From an uncultured Bacteriovoracaceae bacterium (GTDB lineage Bacteria > Bdellovibrionota > Bacteriovoracia > Bacteriovoracales > Bacteriovoracaceae): a DNA stretch of 64,000 bases. Positions within the stretch are counted from its first letter, which is position 1. The number at the start of each line of letters is the position of its first letter. Both the position numbers and the translations under genes were made by a program. Below, in pieces: positions 1 through 9,020 of this stretch. Where the stretch lies: NCBI GenBank assembly GCA_950054155.1, contig CATLOT010000004.1, positions 71,098 through 135,097 on the forward strand, read 5' to 3'. The notes below the pieces were generated by a model, which did no database searches, had not been told where the DNA came from, and saw nothing but the letters and a program-made list of their open reading frames with translations.

Positions 1-2412
1 GAGTCTCTAGAGAATATAGAAGATGTTCCGATAAAGACCCTTGGTAATCTTGAAGTCATTAGTGTCTCTGATGTGGCCAAGGTTAAGCTTGGAAAAGAGT
101 TAAGAACGGGGGCTGCTCTTTATAATGGTGATGAAGCTGTAGTTGGAAGTGTCCTCATGCTCCTTGGCGAAAATAGCCGTGAAGTTTCTTTAAGGGTTGA
201 TAAGCAGATTGAAAAAATTCGTGAAAATCTCCCTGAAGGGTATAAGATTGTCACCTTATACAATCGCTCTGACTTGGTTAATGCAACACTGGATACGGTT
301 AAGCATAATTTAGTGCTCGGAGCTACTCTTGTTATTTTTATTCTCTTCTTACTCATTGGGAATTTAAGAGCAGCGTTGATCACAGCAATTGTGATTCCCA
401 CGAGTCTTCTCATGACTTTTATTCTAATGAAAAAATATGGTATCAGCGGAAATCTCGTGAGCCTAGGTGCTCTTGATTTTGGCATTATCATCGATGGTGC
501 CGTTATTGTTCTTGATAATTGTGTCAGGCAAATACAAAAAGCTTCTAAAAGGCTTGGTCGCTCCCTTACGAGTCATGAACTTAAGGAGACTATTTATGAA
601 GCAACAATGGAAATTCGAAAGTCTGCTGGATTTGGTGAACTCGTTATTGTCGTGGTCTTTCTTCCTGTTTTCGCCTTTGTTGGAATAGAGGGAAAGATGT
701 TTATCCCAATGGCATCGACTTTTATCTTCGCTCTTCTTAGCGCCTTACTCCTGAGCTTTACCTTTGTACCGGCGCTTGCAAGTTTAATATTGACTGGGAA
801 GGTTTCCGATAAAGAGCCTCTGGTGATGCGTTTTTTAGAGCGTCTCTATAAACCTCTTCTCAAATCAGCTTTACGTTTTAAGGCCTTTTCAGTGCTTATT
901 ATAGCTATAGGATTCCTCAGTGTATTTGCACTTTTTTCTCGACTTGGGGGAGAGTTTCTCCCTACTTTGAATGAGGGGAGTATTGCCGTTCAGCTCATTA
1001 GGCCAATAAGTGTAGGCATCAATCACTCGACGGCCCTTGAGGAGCGTTCCCAAAGGTTAATTCTAGGTATTCCAGAGGTCAGTCATGTCTTTAGTCGAAT
1101 AGGTACAGCGGAGATTTCAATGGATCCGATGGGACCAAATATTTCTGATAGTTATGTCATGCTGAAACCGAGAGAGAAGTGGCCGCTTGTAAATGGTCGC
1201 AAAAGAAGTAAAGAGGAGATCGTCGAGCATATTGTTAAAGAATTAGAAGAGAAGACCCCTGGTCAAAGGATTCTCGTGAGTCAGCCTATTCAATTGAGGT
1301 TTAATGAACTCATGGAAGGAACCAGGAGTGATGTCTCCTTAAAAGTCTTTGGTGAAGATCAGGATATGATCACCCAGCAAGCGCAAAATATCGTAGACGT
1401 GTTAAGAACCATTGAAGGCGCGGGAGATGTTGAGCTTGAAGCTAAAGGAAAGAGTTCTGTTTTAGAGGTTATTCCTAAAAGAAAAGTTCTTAAGAAACTA
1501 GGAATTAGCTCTCAAGAAGTCTTAGAGACTATCGGTATTGCAGTGGGTGGCCATGAGGTAGGAATCTTCTATGATGGAATGAAGAGGTTTCCAATTATAA
1601 TTCGGCTAGGAGAAGCGATAAGAAATAGTATTGATGAACTTGAAAATCTTCCTGTTGGTCTCAGTGGTGGCTCAACAATTGCGCTTAAAGAAGTGGCGAC
1701 CATAAAGTTTAAATCAAGTTATAGTTCTTTTAGTCGTGAAGAAACCAAGAGAAGAATTGCTGTTTTAATAAACCCTCGAGGCAAAGATACAGAATCATTC
1801 ATCAATGAAGCGAAGAAGGTTATTAAAGATAAAATTAAACTCCCTCCCGGATATTATATCGAGTGGGGAGGCAATTTTAAAAATCTTAATGAGGCCAAGA
1901 GTCGTCTACTCATTTTAGGACCACTAGCCCTCTTACTCGTGCTTCTTATGATTTATGCAGCCTTTAAAAATATTATCGAAACATTTTTGATTTTTCTGTG
2001 TGTCCCTTTTGCTCTGATTGGAGGAATCATTGCTCTCTTTGTGACGGGAATGCCCTTTAGTGTCCCCGCAGGTGTCGGCTTTATTGCTCTTAGTGGTATT
2101 GCCGTTCTTAATGGAGTGGTTCTGGTTAATAGTTTTAATCGTCTTAGAGAGGAAGGAAAGGAAAGAGTGTCTGTTGTTGAAGAAGGGGCTTTAATGAGGT
2201 TAAGACCTGTTATGATGACCGCTCTTACTGATATTTTAGGTTTCCTCCCTATGGCGCTTGCTGTAGGTCTTGGAGCAGAAGTACAGCGGCCTTTAGCAAC
2301 CGTGATCATTGGTGGTATGGTCAGCTCCACCATCTTAACTCTACTTCTCTTACCAGTACTTTATTCTTTATTGGAACCGTTCATCTTAAAATTCTCTAAG
2401 GAGGAAATATGA
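1..2412 (+). CDS. Heavy-metal efflux RND permease, CusA/CzcA family (5' partial, continues off the window start)
   Basis: The reading frame is open from base 1, upstream of the listed Met at 73. About 800 aa with the RND pattern, including 'GALDFGIIIDGAVIVLDN' and C-terminal 'LTDILGFLPMALAVGLGAEVQRPLATVIIGGMVSSTILTLLLLPVLY', blocks typical of CzcA/CusA pumps. Confidence 0.85.
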   Translation, partial: ESLENIEDVPIKTLGNLEVISVSDVAKVKLGKELRTGAALYNGDEAVVGSVLMLLGENSREVSLRVDKQIEKIRENLPEGYKIVTLYNRSDLVNATLDTVKHNLVLGATLVIFILFLLIGNLRAALITAIVIPTSLLMTFILMKKYGISGNLVSLGALDFGIIIDGAVIVLDNCVRQIQKASKRLGRSLTSHELKETIYEATMEIRKSAGFGELVIVVVFLPVFAFVGIEGKMFIPMASTFIFALLSALLLSFTFVPALASLILTGKVSDKEPLVMRFLERLYKPLLKSALRFKAFSVLIIAIGFLSVFALFSRLGGEFLPTLNEGSIAVQLIRPISVGINHSTALEERSQRLILGIPEVSHVFSRIGTAEISMDPMGPNISDSYVMLKPREKWPLVNGRKRSKEEIVEHIVKELEEKTPGQRILVSQPIQLRFNELMEGTRSDVSLKVFGEDQDMITQQAQNIVDVLRTIEGAGDVELEAKGKSSVLEVIPKRKVLKKLGISSQEVLETIGIAVGGHEVGIFYDGMKRFPIIIRLGEAIRNSIDELENLPVGLSGGSTIALKEVATIKFKSSYSSFSREETKRRIAVLINPRGKDTESFINEAKKVIKDKIKLPPGYYIEWGGNFKNLNEAKSRLLILGPLALLLVLLMIYAAFKNIIETFLIFLCVPFALIGGIIALFVTGMPFSVPAGVGFIALSGIAVLNGVVLVNSFNRLREEGKERVSVVEEGALMRLRPVMMTALTDILGFLPMALAVGLGAEVQRPLATVIIGGMVSSTILTLLLLPVLYSLLEPFILKFSKEEI

Positions 2413-2618
2413 AATACCTATTAGCATTCTTACTGATTACTTCATTTTCAGGAGAGTTTGCCTTTGCAGATAACCCCCTTGAAGAGGTTATAAAAACGGA
2501 AGAGGTAAAAAGCTCAAAAAAAAGAAGAAGGAAGAAAGTTGAAATGTGCGCCGAGTGCGGGAAGCCAGAGACTGAATGTCAGTGTGAAGGGCACAACGAT
2601 AATCCTAATGACCATTAA
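2409..2618 (+). CDS. Small secreted Cys/His-rich protein (69 aa), possible periplasmic metal-binding partner of the RND pump
   Basis: Its ATG overlaps the czcA-like stop (ATATGA). It has an N-terminal signal peptide (MKYLLAFLLITSFSGEFAFA|D), a basic KKRRRKK stretch, then 'CAECGKPETECQCEGH'. Confidence 0.55.
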   Translation: MKYLLAFLLITSFSGEFAFADNPLEEVIKTEEVKSSKKRRRKKVEMCAECGKPETECQCEGHNDNPNDH

Positions 2619-3936
2619 GAGGAAAGCGTAGGGCGACCTGAGAATTGAAACGGTCACGTTTGATGACGAGGTCGCCATTATGAGCCTTCATAATACCTTC
2701 TACAACACTAAGGCCAAGACCCGCTCCCTCTCCGACAGGCTTGGTGGTGAAAAAAGGTGAAGTCACCTTGTGTTCGATATCTCGAGAAATTCCTGGGCCA
2801 TTATCGATAATACTTAGTATTTGATGAGTTTGTGTTCTTTCACAGAGGAATATTATTTCTTTTTCCTCGAGCTCGGAGATACTATCGATGGCATTGTTGA
2901 TCAGATGGCATAGAGCCTGAAAGATTTGGGCATGCTTGCAGTAAATCTTATCGTTTTCTGGCCCTTCGTTATGAAAGAGAATGATGATTTCATCCTTAAT
3001 AATGGTATCGGCATAATACTCTTTTATTTCTTCATACAGATAAGCTGGGGATACGGCTTGGAAGCTCCCTTCATCAATTCTTTGACTGAAGTGAAGAAGA
3101 GATTAGATAATGAGTTGAATACGATTACTCTGAGCTTCTATCTTTTGCAGGTTTCGGGTAAGGCGACTCATCTCTGGGAATTCTTGCCTGGTTTCTCTTA
3201 ACCCTTGTTGAATATTTCCTTGAATGATAGCCAGAGGATTATTGATTTCATGGGCAACTCCGCCACTGATTTGACCGAGCTCTGCCATTCTCGAATTTTC
3301 AAAAATAGTTTCTTGCTGACGAAGAACAAGCTCTTGGGGTTTTAACAGGTTTTGCTCAGCCCTTTCCTTGCTATAGAAGAAGTAGGAGAGAATCATTAGG
3401 TTAAATCCAAGTGAGAAAGTCTGGTCAATGAGTATATTGATAAGCCAACTGTTTTCACTCCAATAGCGCGGAACTCCTGCACCATTATCAAAGTAGAAAA
3501 GATAGGAATAGACTATAGAAGAGAAGAAGAGAAAACCTATGAAGAGGGCCCATCTTAAATTGACCAGGAATACGGCCATAATAAGAGAGCTTGAAAACCA
3601 GAGAGGGGTGCCACTAAAAGTAACTTCGTGTTGGATAACAAAAGTACAAAGGGCAAGAGCGATGGCAAGCGTTTGAAAGCGCGCTTGATTAATGAAGCTT
3701 ATTTTTAAAAGGTCTGAAAAGCGTATCATTCCTAAGCTAATTGCTGACACGATAATGATGTAATTGAATGTTGGGAGGAAGACTTCGGGGAGAATTCCTA
3801 TAAAAAAGAAGGTCAAACAAGTCAAAATCGCTAAGAGATCATAGAAAATGATCAGACTTGTTTTCTGGTAGTCAAATGGAGCGACTCCCGAATTGAGACT
3901 ATGAGGGAGAAAGGGTTCGATAAGCTTATTTATCAT
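2605..3936 (-). pseudogene. Membrane sensor histidine kinase interrupted by a single in-frame TAA (3103..3105)
   Basis: The listed ORF 3103..3936 carries about 6 TM helices and the H-box 'GGVAHEINNPLAII', ending '...SNRIQLII*'. My translation of the same frame downstream (2605..3102) continues 'SLLHFSQRIDEG...LINNAIDS...IIDNGPGI...FFTTKPVGEGAGLGLSVVEGIMKAHNGDL...', a complete HATPase_c domain with N, G1 and G2 boxes. Confidence 0.8.
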
Positions 3937-4029
3937 GAGCTTATTTTTGAAAAAATAGTGGTTTGTGTAAATAATTTTCTTAGAAGAGCTTCAGCCCCTC
4001 TCAAAAGAGGAAGGGCTGAAAACTTAAAA

Positions 4030-4974
4030 TTAGAGAGCAATATATTGAGTGCCGAGGTTTTCTTTAACAATTCCAGTAACCTGTCCTCTTGAGTTTTTAA
4101 CTGGAGTTGAACGAAACCAAGTTCCGAGTTGATCATAACCCTTCTTCTTAGCTTCAGAGCTACTTTCGGCCCATACACCTGGAGCACTTTTCCAGTAGTG
4201 AGCACCACTATAAATCTTTTGGCGCGCTTGCGCGTTTGCCGTCGATTGAAAAATAGGAGAGTTTTGGCCAGTTGCAACTACTGTTTGGCAACCAGAAACC
4301 TGTGAGAAGGTTGAAGCAAAGTCCGCCCCTACATTACAAGCATAGAATTGAACGACACAGGCAGAGCAAAACTCAATTTTTCCTTGATCGATCTTTTGCT
4401 TTAAGTGTTTTTGAAGTGTTCTCGTTCCAAATCGCGCTATGAAAGTAGGTGTATCTTGGTTTGAACTGTATATACCATTCACCCCTTTATTTCCTGAAAG
4501 GCCATTACCTTCACCCGGGCGTTCGTCGGAGCGCCAACCGTGGGAGACAGATGTAATTTTAGGAATACAGCCATTCTCTTTAGTGTAATCTTCTAGGGCT
4601 TCAAGAAACTGAGGACCATTTCTCCACTTCTTAAGACTGCGATAGTCTTTTTGGGCAAGAACAGTTTGAAAGGCTGCTTCGTCAGTATTGCCTTTCTTAA
4701 TGAGAGCAAGGCCAATTTTATTGTTGCTATACTGAGTGAGCCCAAGGCTATCGACAGTAGAGTAGATTCCCATGCGGTCTTTAAAGTCTTCTCGATATTC
4801 GATTGCTTCGCGACGTTGTCCTACGCGCTTAGGAAGTCCTTCACCATGAAATTTTGAATAAGAGTCTTCTTCAAAACCTCTGATAAGCACATCGAGCCAA
4901 GAGGCCTGAGCTGCAGTTGTTGTAACGAGGGCAGTGAGAGCTAACCCTATGATTTTAGTGTGTGTGGGGTTCAT
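4030..4974 (-). CDS. Secreted hypothetical protein with a possible clan-CD-like His/Cys dyad (SHG ... ACNVG)
   Basis: Signal peptide 'MNPTHTKIIGLALTALVTTTAAQA|S'. Contains 'ITSVSHGW' and, about 68 aa later, 'VQFYACNVGADF...VVATG', a pattern reminiscent of DUF4347/CHAT/caspase-type folds. No confident family call. Confidence 0.6.
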   Translation of the reverse strand: MNPTHTKIIGLALTALVTTTAAQASWLDVLIRGFEEDSYSKFHGEGLPKRVGQRREAIEYREDFKDRMGIYSTVDSLGLTQYSNNKIGLALIKKGNTDEAAFQTVLAQKDYRSLKKWRNGPQFLEALEDYTKENGCIPKITSVSHGWRSDERPGEGNGLSGNKGVNGIYSSNQDTPTFIARFGTRTLQKHLKQKIDQGKIEFCSACVVQFYACNVGADFASTFSQVSGCQTVVATGQNSPIFQSTANAQARQKIYSGAHYWKSAPGVWAESSSEAKKKGYDQLGTWFRSTPVKNSRGQVTGIVKENLGTQYIAL

Positions 4975-5149
4975 AAGTAGTCCTTTTTGGTTAGGTTTGT
5001 GCTCTTATAGCTTCGCTTTGCGTTGCGATAAAGACTCTTGAAATTCTTATAGGGCATATCCTAGAGGGGCTCTCGGACAAAACTGCACGCCTTTTTTCTC
5101 TTTGGAGTCGTGGTAATCTATTTAGGGTGTTTATAACGGACCAAGGAAG

Positions 5150-7339
5150 GTGAAAGTGAAAAACAAAAAAGGATTAATTTTTCTTCTGCTTCTCGCAGGA
5201 GTTTCTTGCACGACAAATAAAAAAGAGGACCCTTATCGTAGTCTTTCCTCAAAATCTGATCGCTCAGAGGAGGAAGCTGAAGAATCTTATTGGAAGAATA
5301 GAGGTAAGGGTTGGTCTAAGTTCGGCTACGATGGCTATTCAGGCAAAAAAAATAAGTTAAAATTTGTGGGTGCTGTTGCTTCTAAGAAGAATAGAGACTT
5401 CTCTTTTGAAGCGAGTGCTCGTCGTCAGCAATTACTAGATGAAAACCTCTTTGATACAGGAGTTAGTCCTCATGCAAAAGTAGACTGCTCTCAGGCAATG
5501 AAGAGGGTTCACCGTACCGCCTATGGTGAGTGTTATTTTTATAATAATGAAGACCACCTTACGGATAGAGATAAGAAACTTGCTAACCAATTAAGAATTG
5601 GGGCTGTTAACGAGAGATTTGGTCGCAATATTGGAGCGGATAAAACTAATGAAGCTTCAAAGCAAGACCTTATGAAGCCGAGCCCACTGGAGGTGAGTCA
5701 AAAGCTACTTGCCCGTAAAAATGGTAAGCAGGTCGATGCTCCCGTAATTAACGTTCTCGCTACAGCTTGGCTTCAGGCGATGAACCACGACTGGTTTACT
5801 CATGGTAAGAATTCAAAAAAGAAGTCTTATAATCTTTCCTCGCACAAATCTCATCCTCACTTTAAAGATGGCATGACAGTTCCGGCAACTATTGAGGAGT
5901 CTGAAAAAGAGGCTTCTCTTGAAAATCATGGCTACGATAAGACTTTTAGAAATAAAGTGACACACTGGTGGGATGCTTCACAGATTTATGGCTCCGATCC
6001 AGAGACTATTAGAAAGGTGAGAAGTGTTTGGCGTGATGGTAAGAATACAGGACGCCTGATTCCTAGTGGAAAGATCGCTGTCGATGAAGCCAACAGAAAG
6101 CTTCGCTATGACAGCGAAGGATTACCTGTTACAGGTTTTCATGACAATTGGTGGGTAGGACTAGAACTTATCCACACCCTCTTTCACCTTGAGCACAACA
6201 GAATTGTCGATAATGTTCTTAAGCCTCTCATTGGTAAAGAGATTTGTGTTGAAAAAGGAAGACGAACTTCAAAAGAAGATTGTGATGAAGAGCTCTTTGA
6301 GAAAGCTCGTATGATTAACTCTGCCCTAATAGCCAAAATCCATACTGCAGAATGGACGCCAGCTCTCCTTGATAATGAGATGCTTCACATTGGGATGAGA
6401 AGTAACTGGTATGGAATGAGGGAAGTAACAGGCCTTAGTATTCCAGCCTTAAGAGCAAAGGTTGATGGTGGTGTTAAGCACCTTATCTCTGGTCTTGTTG
6501 GTAAAAAGACACTTGATCTCTATTCCGTTCCTTTTACTCTGACCGAAGAATTTGTTGCTGTTTATAGAATGCACCCTCTTGTCCCTGATTTTGTAACGGT
6601 TAGAGATGCTAAGACGAATAAAGAGGCGGGGAAAGTTTCAACAAAAGAGATGATTTTCCGCTCAGCTAAGTCAACGATGGACAAGCATGGTTCAGCGACT
6701 TGGCTTAATTCATTTGGAACGAGTTTTCCTGGTGCGATGACGCTTCATAATTACCCCACGTGGATGAGTAATTTTGTGGCAGAAAGAAATACAGGTAAGA
6801 AGCATGGCGATTCCGTTCGTATGGATATGGGGGCTATTGATGTCTTTAGAGATCGTGAACGCGGAATTCCAAAGTATAATGACTTTAGACGGGCGATTCA
6901 CCTTCCAGCTATTAAGTCATTTGAAGAGCTAACTCCTAATGAGGAAGATCAAAAAGTCTTAAGCGAAGTTTATGACGGTGACATTGAAAACGTCGATCTG
7001 ATCGTTGGTACTCTTGCTGAGGCTGACCGTTATCCCGGTTATGCTTTTGGTAACACACCTTTTTATATTTTCGCTCTCATGGCCTCAAGACGCCTTATGG
7101 CCGACCCTTTCTTTTCCGATTACTTTACCAAAGACTACTATACGAAAGATGGTATCGATCACGTTCAAAAGACGACAATGTCTGATGTGATTATCCGTCA
7201 CTTCCCAGAGTTTAAGAATCGCTTTTACCAAAAGCGTAAGACCTTTGGTCACAAAGAAGTGGTTAAAAATGCTTTTCGCCCTTGGCTTCCCGTTTACACT
7301 GGAGTTAAAGAAGCAATTAAAGACATGGATAACCTCTAG
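5150..7339 (+). CDS. Haem peroxidase of the peroxidase-cyclooxygenase superfamily, fatty-acid alpha-dioxygenase/COX-like; predicted lipoprotein
   Basis: Lipobox 'LLLLAGVSC'. Motifs: 'ATAWLQAMNHDWFTHG' (distal His), 'THWWDASQIYGS', 'IHTLFHLEHNRIVD', 'TEEFVAVYRMHPLVPD' (Tyr-x-x-His as in alpha-DOX YRMH and COX YHWH; Tyr codon 6563..6565) and 'RDRERGIPKYNDFRR'. GTG start at 5150 or 5156. Confidence 0.8.
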   Translation: MKVKNKKGLIFLLLLAGVSCTTNKKEDPYRSLSSKSDRSEEEAEESYWKNRGKGWSKFGYDGYSGKKNKLKFVGAVASKKNRDFSFEASARRQQLLDENLFDTGVSPHAKVDCSQAMKRVHRTAYGECYFYNNEDHLTDRDKKLANQLRIGAVNERFGRNIGADKTNEASKQDLMKPSPLEVSQKLLARKNGKQVDAPVINVLATAWLQAMNHDWFTHGKNSKKKSYNLSSHKSHPHFKDGMTVPATIEESEKEASLENHGYDKTFRNKVTHWWDASQIYGSDPETIRKVRSVWRDGKNTGRLIPSGKIAVDEANRKLRYDSEGLPVTGFHDNWWVGLELIHTLFHLEHNRIVDNVLKPLIGKEICVEKGRRTSKEDCDEELFEKARMINSALIAKIHTAEWTPALLDNEMLHIGMRSNWYGMREVTGLSIPALRAKVDGGVKHLISGLVGKKTLDLYSVPFTLTEEFVAVYRMHPLVPDFVTVRDAKTNKEAGKVSTKEMIFRSAKSTMDKHGSATWLNSFGTSFPGAMTLHNYPTWMSNFVAERNTGKKHGDSVRMDMGAIDVFRDRERGIPKYNDFRRAIHLPAIKSFEELTPNEEDQKVLSEVYDGDIENVDLIVGTLAEADRYPGYAFGNTPFYIFALMASRRLMADPFFSDYFTKDYYTKDGIDHVQKTTMSDVIIRHFPEFKNRFYQKRKTFGHKEVVKNAFRPWLPVYTGVKEAIKDMDNL

Positions 7340-7408
7340 TAAAAACAGATACTTAGCACTGTTGAAAAGCTAACAGGGCGAGTAAATCTTCCAGTATAAG
7401 TCCGTGAG

Positions 7409-7445
7409 CTCCCCTTGATCCTTTAAGATTGAGGGGAGTTTTTAC
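7409..7445 (+). terminator. Probable rho-independent terminator after the peroxidase gene
   Basis: Imperfect hairpin 'CTCCCCTTGATC-CTTTAA-GATTGAGGGGAG' followed by TTTTT. Confidence 0.5.
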
Positions 7446-7463
7446 ATTTTAGAAGGAAGATTT

Positions 7464-8936
7464 ATGAAAAAGGCATCTCTTGCTACTGCGGCGATTCTAT
7501 TCTCTCTCAATGTCCTCTCTGCGGACTTCGTTACCGGATACCTCATTGATAATGGGGGAGGAGATTTTCAGATCCAAGGTCCTAAAGGAACCTTTCAAGT
7601 CGAAACAAGTGAAACGATCAAAAAGAGTTTACCTTCTTTGGCCAATCCTACTTTTGTAAAACAATCTGATGGTAATCCCTACAGCTATGAATTTAAAGGA
7701 CAGATAAAAGGAGAGTCCTTTGTCCTCGAACAAACCCCAACGAATATTCCTGGTGCCGAAAGACTTGAAGGTGTTCTTCACTATGATGAGGCCCTCGATC
7801 AATTTAAAATTGGAGAGCAAGTTGTAGAGTTTGGTTATACAAAGGTTCTCAACGGCTATGAATTTGATGAGATTTCAAAGAAGTCCTTTGTCGGAAAGAA
7901 AATTATTGCCGAAGGGGACCGCGTTGGAGATGTCTTTAAAATGCAGGCACTCACGCCTAGTGGTCTCTTTAGTGCAGCTCCCGCACAGAAGGGAGCGTAT
8001 GAGGGACTCATTTCTGCAGACCCTTACAAATTTATTGAAAAAACAGTTTATAAGAATGAGATTTCGAAATCTCAAAACTCTTTTAGGAAAACAGTCTTTC
8101 AACAAAAAGGCTATAAGGTAAAACCAGGAGAGTCCGTTTTCCTTGTGACCTTGTCTGGGAGACAGGGTGATAGCTTTGGCTCTGTAAATGGTCACTTTGT
8201 GGCCGGACTTGGTGAAGTTAAAGAGGACCTCTCTTTAAGAGCTGAAGTTTCAAATGCCTATGTCGTCAATGGTAAGGACATTCTCTCTGGGAATACCAGC
8301 CTAACCAATTACTTTTCTAACCTCGTTCAAGGGCAGAATAATTATCGTCCGACTTATACCTTTCTCGTTTATGGTATGGATAAAGAAAAGCTTAAGAAGT
8401 TTCGCGACTTCCTTGAGCCTTCTCATGTGGAATTTAGAACAAAAGATCTAGAAATCACTCTTGAATTCAATTGTACGACGGAGACGGCCAAGGCCCTAAG
8501 CCTTGCTGGAGTAGTGGGCAATCATAAGAGGACTCTTGCAAGACGCGTCTTTGACCTCAATCATCTCGCTTTTCCTTTGAGGGCTGCCCGTCTTTTTGGC
8601 GAGGCCGGCGAAGCATTGGCCACGACTGCCAATGGCGATAAAGAAGATTTCCAACCGCGCCCTGCTTTTCAGAGCTATATTGACTCGTTAAAGAATAAGA
8701 AGGTCATCAAAGAGCTTGGGATTAAGAGAATGGACTACGTCTTTTATGCGCAGATTCCTTCCGAGCGTCCTGTTGGCGGTGCACCATCAAATTACACTTT
8801 CAACCTTGGAGTAAAGTACGACTCGCTCTTTTATAAGAAGCTCTACGATAAGTACGAGAATAACTCGAATAAGGATGACAATTTAAGCCCTGAAGAGCTC
8901 CGAAAGGTCCTTCCCATCCTTGATAAGGTCCAATAG
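7464..8936 (+). CDS. Secreted hypothetical protein (490 aa)
   Basis: Shine-Dalgarno AAGGAAG upstream and signal peptide 'MKKASLATAAILFSLNVLSA|D'. Long uninterrupted ORF with no recognisable motifs. Confidence 0.6.
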   Translation: MKKASLATAAILFSLNVLSADFVTGYLIDNGGGDFQIQGPKGTFQVETSETIKKSLPSLANPTFVKQSDGNPYSYEFKGQIKGESFVLEQTPTNIPGAERLEGVLHYDEALDQFKIGEQVVEFGYTKVLNGYEFDEISKKSFVGKKIIAEGDRVGDVFKMQALTPSGLFSAAPAQKGAYEGLISADPYKFIEKTVYKNEISKSQNSFRKTVFQQKGYKVKPGESVFLVTLSGRQGDSFGSVNGHFVAGLGEVKEDLSLRAEVSNAYVVNGKDILSGNTSLTNYFSNLVQGQNNYRPTYTFLVYGMDKEKLKKFRDFLEPSHVEFRTKDLEITLEFNCTTETAKALSLAGVVGNHKRTLARRVFDLNHLAFPLRAARLFGEAGEALATTANGDKEDFQPRPAFQSYIDSLKNKKVIKELGIKRMDYVFYAQIPSERPVGGAPSNYTFNLGVKYDSLFYKKLYDKYENNSNKDDNLSPEELRKVLPILDKVQ

Positions 8937-9020
8937 TGTAATTTTGCTAGTCGTCATATTTGATGAGTTTAGTAAGACTATGCTAAAAGAGTCTGATAAC
9001 AATTATTTGCAGGGGCCTAG

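Noticed and set aside
120-2333. Track ORFs antisense or out of frame within the CzcA-like gene (120..491 -, 467..688 +, 1953..2333 -)
   Set aside because: They lie wholly inside a long ORF with strong family motifs, and their low-complexity composition is typical of shadow frames.
2926-3201. Plus-strand ORF 2926..3201 and ORFs 3901..4092 (+) and 3933..4277 (-)
   Set aside because: The first is antisense to the recognisable HATPase_c coding sequence of the interrupted kinase. The others overlap the kinase start or the 314-aa secreted-protein gene, and none has motifs or an SD.
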